Shown here: one piece after another, positions 39,874 to 52,384 of the stretch | Position numbering within the stretch: the stretch's first letter is position 1 | Layout of the letters: every line of letters starts with the position of its first letter | Source: Mobula hypostoma | Lineage: Eukaryota | Assembly: GCF_963921235.1 (NCBI RefSeq) | Contig: NC_086108.1 | Location: 48,858,001 to 48,922,000, forward strand | Direction of reading: 5' to 3' | Length of the DNA: 64,000 bases | Notes under the pieces: generated by a model | Seen by the model: the letters and a program-made list of their open reading frames with translations, nothing else | Told to the model about the DNA's origin: nothing | Databases searched by the model: none | Made by a program: the position numbers and the translations under genes

Positions 39874-40904
39874 ATAATCCTAATTGTATGGGATGAATCA
39901 TAGATGTGCATTGTCATGAGAAAGTGTCTTTGTTCACAATTTCTAGCTATCATCACTGTATCAGAGACCATTTTATTTGCGTTGGAGAGGGAAAGTAAAT
40001 TGTATTAGTGTAAATTTGGCATAAAACACAGCACCTTTCATGTGGCTAAAATGTGCTGTCTTAATCTACAGGTTCAAAGGCTGAGAAGGCACATGCCAGT
40101 TTTATAACTGTAACTTTCCCACAATTTAACACAATCCTTTTGATTTAAAGTTGCAGAAGTTGTACATTTGGACAAAGCAACATACTTATGGTCAATGCAG
40201 CAGATTACAGGTCACAGTTGAAATGAAAGGGCATCAGAGATTTTACAAATTTTAATCTTGAAAATTAGCCAGTCATTTACTGGTGTGTTACAAGTAATTA
40301 CACATCTGGAACTGGATATTCAGGTGGGGAATGTGAAAGCTTCAGTGAAATGCTTAGAATGGGAAAGGAAGGGAAAATGTTGCATCTATATTTGTGCTGA
40401 AGTGGAATTCAATGTTTAGCTTGCCAACCATTGCAGCAGCTTATTTTTTCTTACAGTAAGAATTTAAAATAAAAATATTTGAGGAAGAGCATGCAAGGGG
40501 ATGGTTGGACAATTAAATTGGATTTAAAACTTGGAATTTAGTGTCAACATCTGAAGCACATGATACCTGTTGGCAAAAGATTGTAAAAATCTGGATCAGC
40601 CTCAGGAGATGGTTCCTTTTGATAAATTACAAGCTTGATTAAATGTATTACTGTTTAAATTTCTCCATCGACAACTTTGCTTTTTGGGTCATAGAAGCTC
40701 CTCATTGAAACCTGTATTCACAGATACTTCGGATCTATTGCTATTCCAATTGTAATCACTCCGTCATGGCAGTGAGTTTGAAACTGTTTTTGGTCATTGT
40801 GTTCCTTGTAACTAAAGCAAATTTGCCCCCATCCAATTTCTGTACTTCACCTCTTCTGCAAGATTTCTAAATGGCAAGTGTAAGGAGTTTATTCACCTTA
40901 GACG

Positions 40905-41100
40905 TTCGTCTAGTTACCTCAAGGTCGCTAGTTCAAGCCTCAGCTGTGGCAGTGTGTTTGTGCCCTTGAGCAAGGCACTTAATCACACATTGCTGTAGTC
41001 TGTGCGAGGAGTGGCACCCCACAGACTTCCAATCTGCGCCTTGTAAGGCATGAAAATGCCCGACGCGGGCCTCTCATAGTCTGTGTCAACATTCCTCTCC
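40905..41100 (+). mobile_element. Short tRNA-related SINE with CORE-like segment
   Basis: B-box-like AGTTCAAGCC followed by GTGCCCTTGAGCAAGGCACTTAA. Confidence 0.55.
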
Positions 41101-43559
41101 CACCTTATCCAACTGAGGGCAGTGGTTCAAAGTGACGGTTAAATTTTAAATCAGCTTTACAATATTGACTTTTATACTAATCTGTTCTGTTGCATAAACC
41201 TATTCAGCCATCAGGGTGTGTTTGTTGATTCTTAAATGAGACAAGTTTAAGGGAAATTATTTAAAACAAAATACTGTTTACATAAAATACAATGCTTTCA
41301 ATTTATTGAGTATTGAAAGTATTGTATTCTTTCCAGATGTTTTCAAGGTTACTTTGAAATAATTTTTAAATTTTGCATTATTTTAGTGTTTTTTAATTAT
41401 GACACATTAATCTGTTTACACTGGTTTAAATGTTAAAGTATATTTGTTTTCCATTTGCTGACGAAAAGTAAACTTGTCAAAATTTGGCATTTGTGTGTTA
41501 TGAAGCAGATTGACCTGTATTTTAATTGCTTATTGAAGAGTTTATGAAGGGAGTAATTTTGGCAGTGTGACTAGACTTGTACTGCTAATTAGTTTTGGCA
41601 ACTTCAAAATTTACATCAACGCCATATGAAAAATTCTGTATACTACATTACAGCAGCAATGCCTTTCATCACAGTAGCCACCATGCATATTTAGTATAAT
41701 CATCATTTACTAATAATTTCTTATTTCAATTGTTTCCTATTCTTGAGGCCTCATTTTATCAGAGGAAGGAAATTGAGTTTTTAAACAAGAAGCTCCTAGG
41801 CTGCACCAGCAAAAAATCTAAACCTGTTACTGGAAAACAAATGTGAAGTGAAACTGGACTTCCGAGTAAACAAAGTGAATTTCCTGTGCAATCAGTAACC
41901 AAGAGAAGATTAATTTCCTGTTAATATTGTGAAAACTACACCTATCACAAATGTGTTTTCTATAGAGAATAAGTATTAAAGTTGAATATTTATTGTGGAC
42001 ATTCTGTATAGGGTGTCCTATCAGTACTAAATGGTGATATTTTGCCTTTGAAATTGTGGGTTCTTGGACACTATTAATAGTGGCAGTGGACAATGAAGCA
42101 GCATGCTGGAAAATTGTAGAAGTAACTATGGTTTTAATTTAAAAATTAAAGATTTTGTGACAATGGCAGATTAGACAAGCTACTTTAGGCTGCAGCATTG
42201 GGAATTACTTCAGTCTAAGCTTTACCTGGCTCATCACTGGATACAGGAAATACCCCTTGTCCTATTCAGACCTCCTCTCAACGTACTTTAAATTACATTG
42301 ACTATTGGTGATGCTTGTACTCATAACATTCTAAAATTTAATTACCTTTGCCATTTTCTGTGCTGTTCTTGCTCTTGCATGGTCCATATGTGACATTTTT
42401 ACTTCCTTAACATCACAAAGGGCAGATTATCCAGCAGTATTTCTTCTAAACCCACCTGTTCCTACGTGTTGACTACATCTTGCTCCCAGTAATAAATTTA
42501 ATTCAATTCTCTCAAATTCTGTTTTAACTGCTGTGATGTGATTTTCTCACATTAGTCTTTAAGATGTCTTCCTTTCTTAACGTCTTCCCTCTTCCCATAG
42601 TTGATAGTGCCACAACCTCATACCGTTTATTTTGGGTGCTACTCTCTTTTTTCCAGCCAGAATATCCTCCTATTATCATTTCCTTTCCTCAGCCCCACAC
42701 CAGATTATGCACTTAACAAATCACTTTCCATATTTTTGGTCACCTTCAACAGGTTTCAGGTACCAGGTTTATCTTTCTTTTTCCTCCCCTTTTCAGCATT
42801 TGAAAATAACTTTCTCCTTTCTGAGACTCTCTGCTCCATCCTTGCATTTCCATCTTAAACACCCCTCCCCCTTTGATACTTCCCCATGCAACCACAGATG
42901 GTGCAACACCTACCCTTTTTACTCTTTGACCCTATCCGGGGATGGATACAATCCCTCCCACTCCCTCAGCAATTCAGTTGCACATCCATTTGGCAGGCAT
43001 GATTAAGTTCCTCTATATAGGGGAAATGCAAATTGGGTGACAGTCTTCTTGAAGACCTCAATTAGGCAAAGGTGACCCTGAGCTTCCAGTGCTCTGACAT
43101 TTAAATCTGAGTCAGAATGAGAGAGAAAATCAATCTGCCTTTAACTGCTATATTGCCTCAGTATTTCTCATTGTCCAATCAAGGAAAATCACTTCATTTT
43201 CAGTTTGGGTACTTGGCAGCCCTTGGGATTTGGTATTGAGTTTAATGATTTCAGATAACCACTTCATTTTTTTTTTTTGGGATGTTGTTTCTTTTGGCTG
43301 GGCTGTTTGGAGCCAGGAGTCTCACAGCTAGATGAACACTAGAAAATAGGAGCAGGATTAGGCCTGCTGGCCTATCGAGTTTGTCCCTCCATAGAGTATG
43401 ACTAAGGTTGATCTTCTCCCCCCCCTTCCCCCATCCCCTCTCTCTCCCCCCCATTGTTCTAGATCCCATAGCCTTCAATTTCCCAATATTTGTTTTTAAA
43501 AAGAAAAAGATTTGTATCTATTTCTAGGTACAGTACTGTGCAAAAGTCTTGGTCAGATA

Positions 43560-44989
43560 CAGCTGCAAGAACAAGTTTGTGAATCCTTTGCAATTATCTA
43601 GTTTTCTGCATTAATTACTCATTAAATGTGGTCTGATCACAATAATGAACAAACATAATCTGCTTAAAACTAATAACACACAAACCATTTTCTTCCTGTC
43701 AATACTGAGTACACCATTTAAGCAATCACAGTCTCGGCTCAAAAAAAGAGTCAAGTTCTGGGGTAATGCCTTCTTTTAAAAAAGCCTGTCAGGTATTCCA
43801 ATTAATGGGGTGAGGTTGGAGGTATGGGTTGTACAGGTGCCCCACCCTATAAAGGAAACACACAAAGTCAGGTTACTGACAGAACCGGCTCTTCTCAAGA
43901 AAGATATGTTTACGTGCATCATGCCTCAACCAAACAGCTTCCAAAGTACCTGAGAAGAAGTAGAATTGTAGAGATGCATGGAGCTGGAAAAGGCTACAAA
44001 GCATTTCTAAAGACCTGGGTGTTCATCAGTCCACAGTAAGAGAAATTGTCCACAAGTGGATGAAACTCAGTACTGTTGCCTCTCTCCCACTGAAGAACAC
44101 TGAACAAGACTGGTATTCATGGAAGGACACCATGGAGGAAACCACTGCTCTCCAGAAAAAAACCCACATTGCCGCATGTCTCAAGTTTGCAAAAGACCAC
44201 CTGGATGTACTACAATGCTTCTAGGACAATGTTATGTGGACAGAAGAGACAAAGGTTGAACTTTTTGGACACTGCACACCAGTACCAAAACCTGATCACA
44301 ACTGTGAAGCCTAGTGGAAGGAGCACCTTAGTTTAGGGTTGTTTTGCTGCCTCTGGTCCTGAACAGCTTGCAATCATTGAGGGAACAATGAATGCAAAAT
44401 TGTATCAAGACATTTTACAGGAGAATGTCAGCATAGTGGTCCATCATCTGAAGCTTAACAGATGTTGGATAATTCAACAAGACAATGATCTGAAACACAA
44501 TAATAAATCAGCAAAACAGAATGGTTTAAAAAGAAAAAATTGTGTTTTGGAATGGCGAAGTCAGAGTCCAGAAATTAACCCAATTGAGATGCTGTATCAT
44601 GGCCTGAAGAGGGCTGTTCATGCAAGGTATCCCAGAAATACTGATGAACTGGAACAGTTTTGTATGGAGGAATGGTCTAAAATTCCTCCTTGCTGTTGTG
44701 CAAGTCTGATCAGCAGCTGCAGGAAACGTTTGGTGGAAGTATTGCAGCTAAAGGAGGTTCCACTAGTTAAATACAAGAGCTCAATTGTTTTTTCCAGCCT
44801 AGACTGTGAATGATTAAACAATATGATCAATAAAGACATGAAAAGTACAGTTGTTTGTGTGCTATTAGTTTAGACAGATTGGTGTTTATCTATTATTGTG
44901 ACTAAGATGAAGATCAGACCACATTTTATGAGAAAATAATACAGAAAACCAGATAATGCAAAAGGTTCACAAACTTTTTCTTGCAATTG
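43560..44989 (+). mobile_element. Tc1-like transposon with long TIRs and a dead transposase
   Basis: TA flanks; termini CAGCTGCAAGAA / TTCTTGCAATTG. QQDNDLKH and WRSQSPEINPIE motifs; frameshifted from the ATG at 43921. Confidence 0.92.
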
Positions 44990-45449
44990 TATATAGAGCT
45001 AAGGTGCCCAAGATTTTTGCAGAGTACTGCAGCAATCTTATATATTCCACTGCACTGCTGCCACAAAAAAAATAATGTTATCTTGGCTGAGTGATGATAA
45101 ACCTGGACAGAGAGTGGGAAGCACAAGAGAAACATTCTTTAATGATCAATAACCTAATTGTTGGGAATCAAATAAACTTGCCTGGTGTCTCAGGGCTGGG
45201 TGTGTCTGTACCCGCACTACACCCCTCCACCCCCCCCCGCCCCGTGCTCCTTCTCTGCTATCTCTCCCGTGGTGCTCCACCCTTCCCATTCTTAAAATTA
45301 TGTCCTCTTGTTCAATATTAACAAAAATGTCGACATTTTTCCTCACACTTTTGTGTGCTTCAATGAGATCACATCATTCTTCCAACCCCGAATATGCAGG
45401 CCTTACCTGTTTAGCCTCTCATTTCAGGAATTAGCGAATTGAACCACAA

Positions 45450-45656
45450 ACATGAAAAAATTTGCAGATACTGGAAGCAACACACAAAGTGCTAGAGGAA
45501 CTCAGCAGGACAGGCAGCATCTATGAATAAGAGTAAACAGTCAACATTTTGGCTAAGACCCTTCATCAGGATCGCAACCTGAAACAGTGACAGTTTACTG
45601 TTTTCCATAGATGCTGCCTGGCCTGCTGAGTTCCTCCAGCATTTTGCATGCGTTGC
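45450..45656. mobile_element. Older short palindromic PLE-terminus element
   Basis: Same layout as 2302-2531; lies inside a CR1-like remnant. Confidence 0.75.
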
Positions 45657-46150
45657 ATTAACGAAGTGAATCCCATTTGAACCGTGTCCAACATAACTTA
45701 TCCTTCCCTGGGTAAGGGGACCAAAAGTGCACTGTACTCCAGTTGTGGCTTCACCATCACTTTATACAATTGTAAAATAAGTACTATTTCTTAATTCCAA
45801 TATATTTACAATAAAAACCCAAATGCCATTTGACCTCATATCTACCAGCTACTTGTATCAATCTGTGAACTTCTAAGTGATTTGAACACAAGAACATCTC
45901 AACCTCTCTGGGAATCACTGATTTGGAATCTTGTTCCACCAAGAATAATCTGCCTTTTCATTTCTGTAACAGAAGTCACTTTCCCATGTTAAACTCCATT
46001 TGCTAAATTTTCACCCACTCACTCTTTACATCTTTTACAGGGTCACAATATCCTTGTTGTAATTTGCACTTCCATGTAGTTTTGTGTCATTGACAAATCT
46101 GTGTACCTTGTTTTCTGTCTTCTTGATAATAAATATAAATAATAATTAAT

Positions 46151-47789
46151 TGGTGACCCTGTGGTCTCTATCTCAGAGGCTGATGTTAGGCTGTCTTTAA
46201 GGAGGGTAAATCTTCGCAAGGCAGAAGGTCCTGATGGAGTACCTGGTAAGGCTCAAAAACTTGTGCCAACCAACTGGCAGGAGTATTCAAGGACGTTTTC
46301 AACCTCTCACTGCTACAGGCGGAAGTTCCCACTTGCTTCAAAAAGGCAACAATTATACCAGTGCCTAAGAAGAATAATGTGAGCTGTCTGAATGACTATT
46401 GCCCGGTAGCACTCGCATCTACAGTGATGAAATGCTTTGAGAGATTAATCATGACTCAACTGAACTCCTGCCTCATCAAGGACCTAACTGTACCCATTGC
46501 AATTTGCCTATCGCCACAATAGGTCAACGGCAGATACAATCTCAATGGCTCTTCACACGGCTTTAGACCACCTGGACAACACAAACATCGATGTCAGGAT
46601 GCTGTTCATCAACTATAGCTCAGCATTTAACACCATCATTCCCACAATCTAGATTGAGAAGTTGCAGAACCTGGGCTTCTGTACCTCCCTCTGCAATTGG
46701 ATCCTCAACTTCATAACCAGAAGACCACAATCTGTGCGGATTGGTGATAATATCTCCTCCTTGCTGACGATCAATGCTGGTGCACGCCAAAGGTGTGTGT
46801 TTAGCCCACTGCTCTACTCTCTATATACCTATGACTGTGTGGCTAGGCATAGCTCAAATACCATCTATAAATTTGCTAATGATACAACCATTGTTGGTAG
46901 TATCTCAGATGGAGACAAGAGGATATGTAGGAACAAGATATGCCAACTAGTGGAATGGTGTCGCAGCAACAACCTTGCACTCAACATCAGTAAGATGAAA
47001 GAGCTGATTGTGGACCTCAGGAGGGTAAGATGAAAGAACACATACCAATCCTCAGAGGAATCAGAAGTGGAGAGAGTGTGCAGTTTCAAGTTCCTGGGTT
47101 TCAAGATCTCTGAGGACCTAATCTGGTCGCAACATATCAATGCAGTTATAAAGAAGGCAAAGCAGCGTCTACACTTAATTAGGCGTTTGAACAGATTTGG
47201 TATATCAACAAATACACTCAAAAATTCTATAAGTATACCGTGGAGAGCATTTTGACAGGCTGCATCACCGTCTGGTATTGGGAGGGTTTTGGGGGGCGGG
47301 GGTGGCGAGGCTACTGCACAAGACCAAAAGAGGCCGCAGAGGTTTGTAAATTTATTCAGCTCCCATCTTGCATACTAGCCTACTAAGTGCCCAGGACATC
47401 TTCAAGGAGCAGTGTCTCAGAAAGGCAGCGTCCATTATTAAGGACCTCCAGCACCCAGGGCATGCCCCCTTCTCATTTTTACCATCATGTAAGAGGTACA
47501 GAAGCCTGAAGGCACACACTCAGCGATTCAGGAACAGCTTCTTCCCCTCTGCCATCCGATTTCTAAATGGACATTGAACGCATGAACACTACCTCATTTT
47601 TTAAATGCACTATTTCTACTTCTTGCAAGATTTTCAATCTATTCAATATACGTATACTGTAATTATTTATTAAATATTATTGTTTTTTTCTTTTTTTCTT
47701 TCATATTATGTATTGGATTGAACTGCTGCTGCTAAATTAACAAATTTCATGACACACGCTGGTGATAATAAACCTGATTCTGAATCTGA
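46151..47789 (+). mobile_element. Rex1/Babar-like LINE, 5'-truncated
   Basis: [42 protein letters not shown] + CTGATT-type tail. Confidence 0.85.
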
Positions 47790-47966
47790 TGGCCAAGAAG
47801 TGGTATATGATATTTCACCGGTAACATTTTTCCAACATGAAAAACACCCATTTATTCCCACTCTTTTTTCCTATGCAATAACCATGGGATTATTGAAAGT
47901 GTTTGAAAATTGATTATTGCATAGAAAACAAAACAAAATAAATATATTTTTCAGATTGGAAGGATA

Positions 47967-48532
47967 TAGTCTGTCCACTTTATTAGGTACAACTGCTTGT
48001 TAATGCAAATATCTAATCAGCCAATCATGTGGCAGCAACTCAATGCATAAAAGCATGCAGACGTGGTCAAGAAGTTCAGTTGTTGTTTAGATCAAACATC
48101 AGAATGTGGAAGAAATGTGATCTAAATGACTGACGATGGAATGATATTTGGTGCCAGACGTGGTGCTTTGAGTATCTCAGAAACTGCTGATCTCCTGGGA
48201 TTTTCATGCACACACAATAGTCTCCAGAGTTTATAGAGAATGGTGCAAGAAACAAAAAAAAAATCCAGTGAGTGGCAGTTATGTGGGTGAGAACACTTTG
48301 TTATGAGAGAAGTCAGAAGAGAATGTCCAGAATGGTTCAAGCTGACAGGAAACCAACAGTAACTCAAATAACCACGTGTTACAACAGCATTGTACAGAAG
48401 AGCATCTCTAAATGCACAATACATGGAACCTTGAAGTGGATGGGCTACAGCAGCAGAAGACCATGAACATACCTTCATTCAGTAGCCACTTTGTTAGGTA
48501 CAGGAGGTTTCTAATAAAGTGACAACTGAGTG
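47967..48532 (+). mobile_element. Non-autonomous Tc1-derived element
   Basis: CCACTTTATTAGG near the left end and CTAATAAAGTG..ACTGAGTG-TA at the right end; transposase N-terminal remnant (TVTQITTCYN..SIS). Confidence 0.7.
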
Positions 48533-50564
48533 TATACAGAGCATTGCCAAATGTCTTGGAAGTCCAAATATATCACACCGACAGGATTTCCTTTATCTAA
48601 TCTATTGGTTACATTGTCAAATGCGATTAGTTGATTTTTTTAAAATCTGCATTCCTAAGTGCCTTGCTAATCTTCTTTGATAGTTGAATACAACATTTCA
48701 CCAACACTAAGTATAAAAACTAATTGTAACCCTTCTGGAATTCAGTGAATTTTTCAAATCATTAACCAATAATATTCAGAGCACCTCTAAAGCTGCTCCC
48801 TTTCAAACCCTTGGCTGCTGATTTGTTTGCTTTTAGTTCTAAATGTTTTCTTCTTATCAGTTTTAATTGGGATTCTCACAAATTCTGTGTGCTATTTTAA
48901 ATAAACCCATCTGTTATCATCAGGATGTTTGCTTCACTGTCTTTCACAGTGCAATCCAATGAACAAAATCGACTTACAGTTGCTGTGTATTTAATGACAG
49001 CAATATTTAAGTAATATTGTAAATATATTTTTGAGTAAGCAATCCTTATTTGTTTACATAATTCATTATGGGTTCTATGTAAAAATGCTCAATTGCATAT
49101 GTCATGATGCTACCATGTGATATGCACTTCACTTAAAGTAAACACTTTTCCTTTCAATTCATTTAATCTGGAGATACAAAACGTGTTAGTGGTGACAAAG
49201 AAATTTGAAACAAACCTGAGACAACTACCTACCCATTGAACTGCAGCAAGGTGTACAAGTTTAAAAAAAAGTACTGTGGGAACAGTGGAGTTAATAAAAA
49301 GCGCAGCTAGTTTTCTTCACAAAAGCAAAGGCGATTGAGTTAATAAAAGGCAGAAAATGGAAGAATTCATGGGTTCATAAACATTGATAACTAAGTTGAT
49401 AATCCTAAAAAAGCAGAAATGGCTGTCTACAACAGAAAGATTGGCACATTTGATTACATAGCAGATAACTAAAATATCTACTGAGCTTACTGAGCAAAAT
49501 TTTAGCACAAACGGAATAACCAATGAGGAACCAACTGAAATGAGCTTTGCTGATTTCATGAAAGTATTGCAGAAACTTTTAGAAACAAAGCCATTGCTGA
49601 TTGAAGAATGCTTTAGGTTCCATACGCAGAATCAAAAGGCAGCCTATTTCCACGTATGTGGCTGTATTGAAGAGATTGTCTGAGCATTGTCAGTTCCATA
49701 ATGGGCTTAACAATGCATTAAGAGATTGCTTAGTTTGTGAAATCTCACAAGAAAGCATTCAAAAATGGCTCCTAACAGAAGCCCACATTTCAAAGAGCAG
49801 TTGAAATAGCTGTATCAGTGGAAACAGTAGACAGATGCACAATTAATTTGCAATCAGGAATGAAAGTGAGCTTGAACAAAATTGCAATGTCTAAACAGAA
49901 ACCGACCTGGCCAAACAAATTGTGTTACCATTGTGACCAGGGATCACATATATCAGACTAATGCAAGTTTAAAATCAAAACTTGCAGAAAATACAACAAA
50001 GTAGGACACGTACAAAGAGCATGTTGGGTGGAAAAAATAAATGGACTGCACAGGGAAGAGAAAAAGATAGAAAGTCAAACTGCTTTTTCAAAAAAGAAGC
50101 CCTGATCTGCATACTGTTGATGAAAAATCTGATGACAGTGACAAAAGACATGGAAGCCTTGGATTTGCAATGTGAAAGCCAGCAATAGACAAGCTTACAC
50201 CAGAAGTGAATGGCAAATTAATTGAAATGGAATTAAGACATAAGCTTAGCTGTTTCAGTCATTCTACAAAACAAATTTGAATGGCTTTTCAAAGATAGTA
50301 AACTGAAGCCTGCAGATATCCAATGAAGAACTTATATTGGAGAAAAGGTAATTCCTGTGGAAGTGGCATTTGTGGCAGTGAAATCTATTAACCAACAAGC
50401 CACATTGGTTAAAATAGGACTAGCATTGTGGGGGCATGACTGGCTGAGACAACAACAGCTTGATTGGACATCCATCCATGACTTGCATGTTACATTCCCT
50501 GAAAAAGAGTCAACCAAAAGCAAATTAAGAAAGGTACTGGATGATGCCACAACTGTCTCCATGC

Positions 50565-51768
50565 TGTACACCATGAACCATTGCCCAACAGAGGGTTGGT
50601 GCCAACCTCTGTGCCTCTGGTTGAAAAGCATATTGGAAGGACCATGCTGCTCAGGGGAGTCGTGAAAGTGACAAAAGCAGTGGTCTGATTATAACAGTTT
50701 TTGTAGGCAACAAATCTGAGAAAGCTTCTGATATGTTAATCCGGCAGTTACTTGTGAAAGCAACACACATCAAAGTTGCTGGTGAACGCAGCAGGCCAGG
50801 CAGCATCTCTAGGAAGAGGTACAGTCAACATTTCGGGCTGAGACCTTTCGTCAGGACTAACTGAAGAAAGAGCTAGTAAGAGATTTAAAAGTGGGAGGGG
50901 GAGGGGGAGATCCAAAATGATAGGAGAAGACAGGAGGGGGAGGGGTGGAGCCAAGAGCTGGACAGGTGATTGGCAAAAGGAGTATGAGAGGATCATGGGA
51001 CAGGAGGCCCAGGGAGAAAGAAAAGGGGGGGGGAACCCAGAGGATGGGTAAGGTGTATAGTGAGAGGGACAGAGGGAGAAAAAGGAGAGAGAGAGAGAGA
51101 AAGAATGTGTGTATATAAATAACGGATGGGATACGAGGGGGAGGTGGGGCATTAGCGGAAGTTAGAGAAGTCAATGTTCATGCCATCAAGTTGGAGGCTA
51201 CCCAGACGGAATATAAGGTGTTGTTCCTCCAACCTGAGTGTGGCTTCATCTACACTCAGGTTGGAGGAGGAACACCTTATATTCCGTCTGGGTAGCCTCC
51301 AACCTGATGGCATGAACATTGACTTCTCAAACTTCCGCTAATGCCCCACCTCCCCCTCGTACCCCATCCATTATTAATGTGTCTTGGTTTTATGCTGGAA
51401 GAGAGTTCAAGGGATTTTGGGAAAGTTGCAAGCATTTAGCTTCTGTGAGTTTAAAGAACCAGAATCTACTCTGAGTGCATTAAGGTTATTGCATGAACTT
51501 CAAGTGGGAGACAAAAAGCTGCTTGTAAAAGTAAATACAAGGACCAAAGCCCAGCTGGATGAATGGAAGGTCAAAAAGAAAGGAGTCAATGGAGATACAA
51601 AAACAGAGGATTCATGAGATAATATGGTGGCTGAGGAAACCAAGAGGAGACATCAGATTACAAAGGGAGCAATAGAAGGATGAATAAGAGAATACTCCAG
51701 TGAACTAAATGCACCTTCCCAGGATCAAGATGTACAAATTAGAGGAAGAAAAAGGAAGGAGAAAAAAA
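50565..51768 (+). pseudogene. RBM25: Processed RBM25 fragment (RRM region), interrupted by a PLE
   Basis: TVFVGNKSEKASDMLIRQLLVK|..LVLCWKRVQG..GKLQAF.FCEFKEPESTL.ALRLLHELQVGDKKLLVKV..TKAQLDEWK..EETKRR..KGAIE..IREYSSELNAPSQ matches human RBM25. No introns; contains stops. The 5' limit is approximate. Confidence 0.92.
50759..51375 (-). mobile_element. Truncated Penelope-like element with fold-back
   Basis: 3' end at 50759; inversion at 51241/51252 with a 10-nt spacer and ~124-bp arms. Confidence 0.9.
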
Positions 51769-52384
51769 GTATCCAGAGCTGTCAGAACCATTTCCTACAA
51801 TCTCAGAGTCAACTTCTACAACCAGTACAGAGGAGGCCCCAGAACTGAGGTTGTTTTCACAGCCACAAGTCTCACCTGCCAAGCAGAGTGACCTCCCTTG
51901 TCAGGAAAGATGTTATCCCAGAAGAGAAAGAAATCCTCCACAGCAATTATATCTTTAGGCTGAATGGGACAGTTTAAAATTGGCTGTGCTGTGGATGTCT
52001 GTATATATTAATTGTATTGTATATACTGTGTATATAGTTGGGATGCAATCTCTGTTGAGTTGGAGTTTATAGCTAAGCAGGGAGGAATGTTGTGTATTTA
52101 ATATTTCAGTAATATTGTAAATATATCGTTTAAATAAGCATTTTTATTTGTTTAAATAATTTGTTCTGGATTATAGGTAAAAATACATGAATTATATACA
52201 TCATGCTGCTATCACGTGATACGTACACGCCTTACTTGAAGTAAACACATTAGACAATGTCTATTAGTAAACAAATTAGACTCACATTTTGGACTTATGT
52301 CATTTCGGTTCAATTATTTTAATGTTTTTGAGATACAAAACATAACAGCCATGTAAAGCATAGTTGCCATTTCTTTGTATAATA

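Larger units (their letters stand above)
48981..52347 (+). mobile_element. Degenerate Gypsy-like LTR retrotransposon lacking the RT/RNaseH/integrase core
   Basis: Similar LTRs at ~48981-49188 and 52088-52347 (the latter TG..CA). TGGTGAC PBS-like site; purine tract before 52088. Gag remnants (LRDCLVC, CYHC..H..C), protease-region remnant and integrase-type tail (RCYPRRERNPPQQL). Confidence 0.8.

Noticed and set aside
51384..51617. Functional RBM25 gene
   Set aside because: Partial and intronless, with in-frame stops and a PLE inserted in the RRM.
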